The position numbers and the translations under genes were made by a program. Below, piece by piece: positions 58,288-64,000 of a stretch of DNA of 64,000 nt. How positions within the stretch are numbered: position 1 is the first letter of the stretch; every line of letters begins with the position of its first letter. The notes beneath the pieces are model-generated. The model saw only the letters and a list, made by a program, of their open reading frames with translations, was not told the origin of the DNA and searched no databases. The DNA lies in contig JAKACP010000001.1 in assembly GCA_021821305.1 (NCBI GenBank), forward strand, positions 196,934 to 260,933, read 5' to 3'. The DNA comes from a bacterium. GTDB taxonomy: Bacteria > Patescibacteriota > Minisyncoccia > Moranbacterales > UBA1568.

Positions 58288-59289
58288 ATGCGCACCGCGT
58301 TGTCAACAGGGAAAATCGGGTTTCTCGAACGTGTACTCCGTGATTTTTTTCGCCGGGCCGGACGGGAACACCTGCCGTGGCGCGCACGGACCGTCGGCGC
58401 GTACGAGATCTGGGTGAGCGAGATCATGCTTCAGCAGACCCAGGTATCCCGCGTGATCGGGTATTATGAAAAATTTCTCGTACGATTTCCGACGGTCGGA
58501 TCGCTCGCGAAAGCTACGTGGGAGGAGTTCCTCCCGTACTACCGGGGACTCGGGTACTATGCGCGCGGGCGGAACATGCTCGCGACCGCGAAGATGATCG
58601 TCGAAACGTATGACGGAAAATTCCCGAAGGACGTGAACGAGCTCGGGAAGCTCCCGGGCGTCGGGCCGTACACCGCGGCGGCGATCGCGAGTTTCGCCTA
58701 TGGAAGGAATACGATCGCGTGGGACACCAACCTTCACCGGGTCGTCGGGCGGTTCTTCTTCGGGTCGAGGCGAGCGGATCTTCCGAAGGAGAAATTGGAG
58801 GATATCCTTTCCATGAAGGCGAAGGTGTTCAATGCGGCGATGATGGATTTCGGCTCGGCGATCTGCACCGCGCGGCCGAAATGCGGCGCGTGCCCCCTCT
58901 CGTCGCGATGCGTATATTTTTCCGAAGACGGTCAGAGAGAAAAACAAGAGACAAGACACAAGAAACAAGATACAAAAATATCCAAAACCTCAAATAAAAA
59001 ATCCAAAATCAATTGGAGGGACGCACGAGCGTTCGTGTTCCTGCACGAGAACCACAGGAAATATTATTCGTCGCGCAAGACGAAGTTCGTGCCGTTCGCC
59101 ATCCCGCCGTCACACAACACGCGCGCCGGGGTCAAGGACTGGTTCCGTGATCGCCACGGACTCGAGCTCGCCGTCCGTCCGCCGCACAGGAAGGAAATGG
59201 TCGACGGCAAGCCGACGATCTTCATCAACGCGCAGATCCTTTCCGGAACGCCGGAATTCGCCGTCTTTCCCAAAGGTGTGTTGCCATAA
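58288..59289 (+). CDS. mutY: A/G-specific adenine glycosylase (MutY-like, HhH-GPD + 4Fe-4S) with a Lys-rich insertion and C-terminal extension
   Basis: HhH-GPD motif (LPGVGPYTAAAI) and an Fe-S loop (CTARPKCGACPLSSRC). The insertion QREKQETRHKKQDTKISKTSNKKSKIN is encoded by an A/C-rich stretch. Confidence 0.7.
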   Translation: MRTALSTGKIGFLERVLRDFFRRAGREHLPWRARTVGAYEIWVSEIMLQQTQVSRVIGYYEKFLVRFPTVGSLAKATWEEFLPYYRGLGYYARGRNMLATAKMIVETYDGKFPKDVNELGKLPGVGPYTAAAIASFAYGRNTIAWDTNLHRVVGRFFFGSRRADLPKEKLEDILSMKAKVFNAAMMDFGSAICTARPKCGACPLSSRCVYFSEDGQREKQETRHKKQDTKISKTSNKKSKINWRDARAFVFLHENHRKYYSSRKTKFVPFAIPPSHNTRAGVKDWFRDRHGLELAVRPPHRKEMVDGKPTIFINAQILSGTPEFAVFPKGVLP

Positions 59290-59379
59290 TGCGATCACCG
59301 AGGCAGTCGGTGGAAGAAAAAAAACGCTCGGGTGTATTAAGTCGTAGAGCCGGATCTTTGACATCGATGCGCAGAAGAT

Positions 59380-59757
59380 ATGCTAACCATTAATGTAAAG
59401 CGTATGGACTCGTATGTTTCTTCGCGGACGAAGCCGTTGTATCGGGGCACGCAGATCGTTTGGTACGTGCTGGGTTTTTTGGAGGCGCTACTCGCATTCC
59501 GGTTCCTTCTCAAACTTCTCGGTGCCAATCCCGGTGCGGGTTTCACGGATTTCATCTATTCAGTCACATATCCGCTTGTCGCGCCGTTCCTCAACGTGTT
59601 CGGGACGGTGAGGGTCGAGGGAAGCGTGTGGGAGTGGGCGACGCTGCTTTCCATGCTCGTGTACTGGCTCATCGCCTCGGGAATCGTGAAACTGCTCGTC
59701 ATGAGCAAGCCGGTCTCGACGCCGGAAGCGGCCGTGAAATTGGACCGACAGGACTAA
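59380..59757 (+). CDS. YggT-family membrane protein
   Basis: YggT/Ycf19-like pattern with two TM helices. Confidence 0.65.
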   Translation: MLTINVKRMDSYVSSRTKPLYRGTQIVWYVLGFLEALLAFRFLLKLLGANPGAGFTDFIYSVTYPLVAPFLNVFGTVRVEGSVWEWATLLSMLVYWLIASGIVKLLVMSKPVSTPEAAVKLDRQD

Positions 59758-59789
59758 CTGCCTGTCCCTAACAAGTAAGCGAAAACGCT

Positions 59790-60011
59790 ATGGCAACGAT
59801 TATCAACAATCCGGATAGCGGTGGTGGCGGCGGCGTCGGCGTCGGCATAGTGGTCGGAGCGCTTGTTCTCCTGGTGATATTCCTCCTGTTTTTCTTCTAC
59901 GGTTTTCCCTCACAGCGCGGTAGTGATACCGATTCCGGCGGCGACGGCGGGACGACCGTAAACGTTCCGGACAAAATCGAGGTGGACGTGAACGATACCT
60001 CGACACGATAG
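59790..60011 (+). CDS. Small Gly-rich single-TM protein
   Basis: 73-aa ORF with a G-rich N-terminus and one TM helix. Confidence 0.3.
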   Translation: MATIINNPDSGGGGGVGVGIVVGALVLLVIFLLFFFYGFPSQRGSDTDSGGDGGTTVNVPDKIEVDVNDTSTR

Positions 60012-60052
60012 GCTCAAGGATTTTCGATCGTATAAATCACTAAGTTACGTGT

Positions 60053-60298
60053 ATGGGTATAATTCTTTGGATCGTCTTCGGTGCGTTGGCCGGGTGGATC
60101 GCTTCCCTGATCATGAAGACCGACGCCCAGCAGGGGGCGTTGCTCAACATCGTCGTGGGAATCGTCGGTGCCTTGATCGGCGGGTTCCTGATGAACTTCT
60201 TCGGGCAGACCGGAGTTACGGGGTTCAATCTCTACAGCCTGCTCGTGGCGATCATCGGAGCGATCGTGCTTCTGGCGGTTGTCAGGGCGCTCCGCTGA
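60053..60298 (+). CDS. GlsB/YeaQ/YmgE-family (transglycosylase-associated) membrane protein
   Basis: MGIILWIVFGALAGWIASLIM...IVGALIGGFL family signature. Confidence 0.7.
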   Translation: MGIILWIVFGALAGWIASLIMKTDAQQGALLNIVVGIVGALIGGFLMNFFGQTGVTGFNLYSLLVAIIGAIVLLAVVRALR

Positions 60299-60496
60299 TA
60301 CGGGCTCTCCCGGAGTTCATCGAAAGGGTCCTTCCCGGGCCCTTTCGTGTTTTCACGCCATTCAGGACGCTTCGTCTCCGGTATGAATTCCGCTTTGCTT
60401 TTTCAGCTCTTTTTCGGTAGAGTATCTAATAGATGTGCCTCATATCTTTCGGTCGGTAGCGGCACGGAAGCGGTTATCGATCATCACGCCATCAGT

Positions 60497-61549
60497 ATGA
60501 GCCTCCCGAATATCAATATCTATTTTTTCCTCGCGCTCCTCTTCCTCGCGGGTGTTGGCGTGTTCCTTATTTTCCAGCCCTTCCTGACCGCCATCCTCGT
60601 CGCGGCCATTCTCGCGGTCTTCTTTGCCCGGCCTTACGAATTCCTCAAAAAGACGTTCGGCGGCAACGAGGGATGGGCGGCGATTTTCACCTGTCTCCTT
60701 GCGATAATCATCGTCATCGTGCCGCTGTCGATAGTGCTCAGTCTCGCGATCAATGAAGCCAATACGTTCTACCATTCGGAGCAGAGCTCGGGTCTGCTCG
60801 AAAAGAGCGTGGGTCTGCTCGATAAGATCCCACTGCTCAATTTCGGCGGTGGTGAGGGAGCCGCGCAGAGACTTTCCGGCTCATTCCAGGAGCTGAGCAA
60901 GACCATGATCGGATTTTTGGGTGCTGCATACCAGAGCGTAGCCGGATTCGTGCTTTGGCTGTTCGTCCTGTTTTTCTCCCTGTTCTATTTCCTCATCGAC
61001 GGCAAGCGGGCCGTCGGATACCTCATGCAGCTTTCCCCCCTTCGCGACGAACATGAGAAGCTGCTGTTCCAGAAATTCATATCCATCAGCCGGGCGACGC
61101 TCAAGGGAACCCTGATCGTCGGGCTCATCCAGGGCTTTCTCGGCGGGGTAGCCTTCTGGATAGCCGGCGTGCCTTCGCCGATCATCTGGGGAATTTTCAT
61201 GGCCATCCTCTCCCTCATCCCGATGGTCGGGGCGGGCATCATCTGGTTTCCGGCGAGCATCGTCCTTCTCCTCACGGGGAACATCTGGGAAGGGACATTC
61301 CTCCTCCTGTTCGGTGTCGGCATCGTCTCGACCATAGACAACATCCTCCGGCCCAAGCTCGTCGGTCGGGACACCCAGATGCACCCGCTCCTCGTCTTCT
61401 TCGCGACGCTCGGCGGCCTCTCGCTCTTCGGCATCTCGGGGTTCCTCATCGGCCCGATCATCCTGTCGCTCTTCATGGCGCTTGCGGACATCTATTCTTC
61501 CGAATATGCCTCGGAATTGCGTGAGTGCAACCATAACGGCAAGGTATGA
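60497..61549 (+). CDS. AI-2E family transporter (PerM-like)
   Basis: Eight TM helices and the conserved C-terminal GF(L/I)(L/I)GP motif. Confidence 0.75.
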   Translation: MSLPNINIYFFLALLFLAGVGVFLIFQPFLTAILVAAILAVFFARPYEFLKKTFGGNEGWAAIFTCLLAIIIVIVPLSIVLSLAINEANTFYHSEQSSGLLEKSVGLLDKIPLLNFGGGEGAAQRLSGSFQELSKTMIGFLGAAYQSVAGFVLWLFVLFFSLFYFLIDGKRAVGYLMQLSPLRDEHEKLLFQKFISISRATLKGTLIVGLIQGFLGGVAFWIAGVPSPIIWGIFMAILSLIPMVGAGIIWFPASIVLLLTGNIWEGTFLLLFGVGIVSTIDNILRPKLVGRDTQMHPLLVFFATLGGLSLFGISGFLIGPIILSLFMALADIYSSEYASELRECNHNGKV

Positions 61550-62382
61550 GTGACGGGTGGTGGCGGCACATCCCGGAAATCATAGACCCGATCGTCTTTT
61601 CGCTCGGGTCTTTTTCACTCCGATGGTATGCCGTTCTCTTCATCTTCGGCTGGATGGCGGCCGTCACCTTCCTGGCATGGAGGATCCGGAGGAGGGAGTT
61701 CCTGCTCGGTCGTGAGGCGCTGTGGGATATCGCCATCATCGTGCTTGCCGGCGCAATGGTCGGCGGACGGCTCGGGTACGCGATTTTTTATGATCCGTCG
61801 CTGCTCAGGGAGCCGCTTTCGCTCATCTCGCCGTATGATCCGTCCGGGATGTGGACCGGTATCCGTGGCATGAGTTTCCATGGGGCGCTTGTCGGTGCCG
61901 TTTCCGGCCTGTTCCTCGTCGCGAAAGTACGGAAGATCGATTTCTGGATCCTGGCTGATTTCCTCGTACCAGCCGTACCGATAGCCATATTTTTCGGCAG
62001 GATGGGGAATTTTTTCAACCTCGAGCTGATCGGACGGGAAACCGGGAAACCATGGGGGATGTATTTCCCGAATTATCCGTCTCCCCGGCATCCTTCACAG
62101 CTCTATGAAGCCTTTTTCGAGGGAATTCTCCTCTTTCTGCTTTTCTCGCGTCTTCGAAACAAAAAGCTTCCGAAAGGGATGCTGTCGGCGATATTCCTGG
62201 CGTCATACGGAGCACTCAGGTTTCTCCTCGAATTCTGGCGTGAGCCGGATGTCGGAGCCGAGCTCGTTTTCGGCTGGATGACGCCTGGGCAAGCGCTTTC
62301 AGTCGGGATGTTCGCCATATCTTCGGTGGTATTCTTCTGGATATTCCGGAGGAAAAATGCTATGATGAGAAAAGACAGATAA
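61546..62382 (+). CDS. lgt: Prolipoprotein diacylglyceryl transferase
   Basis: Lgt signature (FSLGSFSLRWYA...HGA). Confidence 0.85.
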   Translation: MSDGWWRHIPEIIDPIVFSLGSFSLRWYAVLFIFGWMAAVTFLAWRIRRREFLLGREALWDIAIIVLAGAMVGGRLGYAIFYDPSLLREPLSLISPYDPSGMWTGIRGMSFHGALVGAVSGLFLVAKVRKIDFWILADFLVPAVPIAIFFGRMGNFFNLELIGRETGKPWGMYFPNYPSPRHPSQLYEAFFEGILLFLLFSRLRNKKLPKGMLSAIFLASYGALRFLLEFWREPDVGAELVFGWMTPGQALSVGMFAISSVVFFWIFRRKNAMMRKDR

Positions 62383-62398
62383 GACTTTTTCGTTTCTT

Positions 62399-62797
62399 AT
62401 GGGAAAAATTATCGGAATAGCCGCAGTGATCGGACTCGTCTTGGGCGGAGCTTATTTCTGGAACATGCAGGACCGCGGAAGCGATTCGAATCCCTCTTCG
62501 TCGTCTGATCAGGGGATAGTCTACTACTACGGGGAAGAGTGTCCGCATTGCAAGGATGTCGCGGCTTTCCTTGAGGAGAACAAGATCGCCGAAAAGGTCC
62601 GATTCGAGAAGAAGGAAGTCTGGCACAACAGATCGAACGCCGCGGAAATGGACGGAAAGGCCAAGATTTGCGGGTTGGACAAGGAGAGTGTGGGGGTTCC
62701 GTTTCTGTTTGCCGAGGGGAAATGTTATATCGGCACACCGGAAGTCGAGGGGTATTTCAAGGCGGCGGCCGGATTGCCGGGCGGAAAGAAGAAGTAG
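62399..62797 (+). CDS. Membrane-anchored thioredoxin-fold protein (CPHC)
   Basis: N-terminal TM helix and a YGEECPHCKD motif. Confidence 0.5.
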   Translation: MGKIIGIAAVIGLVLGGAYFWNMQDRGSDSNPSSSSDQGIVYYYGEECPHCKDVAAFLEENKIAEKVRFEKKEVWHNRSNAAEMDGKAKICGLDKESVGVPFLFAEGKCYIGTPEVEGYFKAAAGLPGGKKK

Positions 62798-62818
62798 CCT
62801 AAAACAAAAGGACTCCCT

Positions 62819-63901
62819 ATGCATTCACGGGTGTTCCCCTTGAGGGAACAGCGGACCAATACCATAGACGGCATCGCGCCACCGACACGGACAAATCGAT
62901 CGGTGGCGAAACGCGCTTCCGACCGATCGCCCGATTCCTTCGCGGCGACGGTGTTTTCACGCGGAAAGCGATCGTCGGTGGTCGTCTTCGCGAAGGACGG
63001 CTATGTGTATCCGGCACGGGCCATCGATATCCTCGGCGAGCGCCCGCTTTTCCTTTCATCGACGGGCATGGTCGACGGACTGCACAAGAAGGGCATCGTG
63101 ATCCCGGCCGCACATATCCGGAAACCGGCGTTGTTCGTGGAACCCAGCCGCGAGGCGTTCGCGGCCGTGGAACGGAGCTTCCGGAATCTCGGTGAAAACG
63201 TGGCCGCCGGAGTTTCCGGATTCCGTCTCGGATTGTCGCCGTCGCGTGCGGCATACGCGCCGCTTGTCGGTGCCATGGCGCTCGGCATGGTTTCCGCGCT
63301 CCTGCTCGAACATTCCTTCGGCGGGGGAGTCAAAGCGGAGGAGGCCCGCATCGTCTATGTGGAACGACCGGCGGAGGGAGAACGTGTTCTCGGGGCCGGA
63401 TCCGATGCGTCGGATCTCCTCGATACGGAAGCGATCCTTTCCGATCTCGCGATCGAGGATCCGAGCAAGAAGGAATTCGAGGAGCGCGTCCGGAACATGG
63501 TGAAGGGATACCCGATCGAGGACATGATCCCCTATATCGTCGAACAGGACCGGACGGTCGCGATGTTCCTCGTCGCCATCGCCAAAAAGGAAAGCAACTG
63601 GGGTCGCCGGATCCCGGTCCTCGATGGACAGGATTGTTTCAACTATTGGGGATATCGCGGGATACGGAAAATGATGGGCACGGGCGGACATACCTGCTTC
63701 AATAGCCGCGAGGATGCCGTCGATACCGTCGGAAAACGTCTCGACACGCTTATCAACAAGCACGATCTCGACACGCCGGCGGACCTCATCCTCTGGAAGT
63801 GCGGTTCCTCGTGCGCCGGGCACAGTCCGTACAGCGTGAAGAAGTGGATTTCCGATGTCGATCTCTACTATCAGAAGCTCAACAAGGAAGGCGACGCATA
63901 G
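62819..63901 (+). CDS. Protein with a conserved Cys-containing domain of unknown function (paralog of 20384..21007)
   Basis: The C-terminal ~150 aa align with 20384..21007 (AIAKKESNWG, CFNYWGYRG, WKCGSSCAGH). The true start is uncertain. Confidence 0.45.
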   Translation: MHSRVFPLREQRTNTIDGIAPPTRTNRSVAKRASDRSPDSFAATVFSRGKRSSVVVFAKDGYVYPARAIDILGERPLFLSSTGMVDGLHKKGIVIPAAHIRKPALFVEPSREAFAAVERSFRNLGENVAAGVSGFRLGLSPSRAAYAPLVGAMALGMVSALLLEHSFGGGVKAEEARIVYVERPAEGERVLGAGSDASDLLDTEAILSDLAIEDPSKKEFEERVRNMVKGYPIEDMIPYIVEQDRTVAMFLVAIAKKESNWGRRIPVLDGQDCFNYWGYRGIRKMMGTGGHTCFNSREDAVDTVGKRLDTLINKHDLDTPADLILWKCGSSCAGHSPYSVKKWISDVDLYYQKLNKEGDA

Positions 63902-64000
63902 TCCGATCGGATCCGCGTCAAGGTCGATTTCGGGCGAGAGAATATCTCGTTTTTGTTTTGAATAAGGTAAAAAAATGAAAATCCCTTTGACGGATTCCCG

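Overview
This 64-kb window comes from a high-GC (~60%) bacterial chromosome with compact, mostly co-directional genes.

The gene content is housekeeping: pyk, dnaG-rpoD, typA, xseAB, korAB, glgC, a complete suf operon (rrf2-sufCBD-sufS-sufU), nrdDG, mnmA, dus, lgt, mutY, and two tRNAs (Ser-GGA, Asn-GUU). The many small membrane, thioredoxin-fold and cupredoxin proteins resemble a streamlined CPR/Patescibacteria-like organism; this is inference only.

Three accessory blocks stand out:
- a CsoR/CstR-like repressor + persulfide-dioxygenase-like MBL hydrolase + double-rhodanese module (9.1-10.9 kb);
- a ~11-kb copper-homeostasis island (25.7-36.9 kb) containing csoR with a palindromic operator, copA, a multicopper oxidase and several unusual fusions;
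- a low-GC islet (19.6-21.6 kb) with an orphan RelE/ParE-like domain.

The most unusual signals are two families of small intergenic elements.
- Family 1 has three ~185-bp copies with conserved internal boxes; their 18-22-bp terminal stems differ in sequence between copies yet remain complementary within each copy. This covariation is the signature of a structured RNA or structured DNA element.
- Family 2 has three AT-rich, A/C-rich imperfect palindromes of ~120-145 bp. One copy sits exactly where nrdD has split into a body ORF and a separate 82-aa glycyl-radical ORF.

Other features include a tandem triplication of the tRNA-Ser 3' end and a 170-bp near-perfect palindrome upstream of nrdG. No CRISPR array, rRNA or recognisable transposase/integrase gene was seen.
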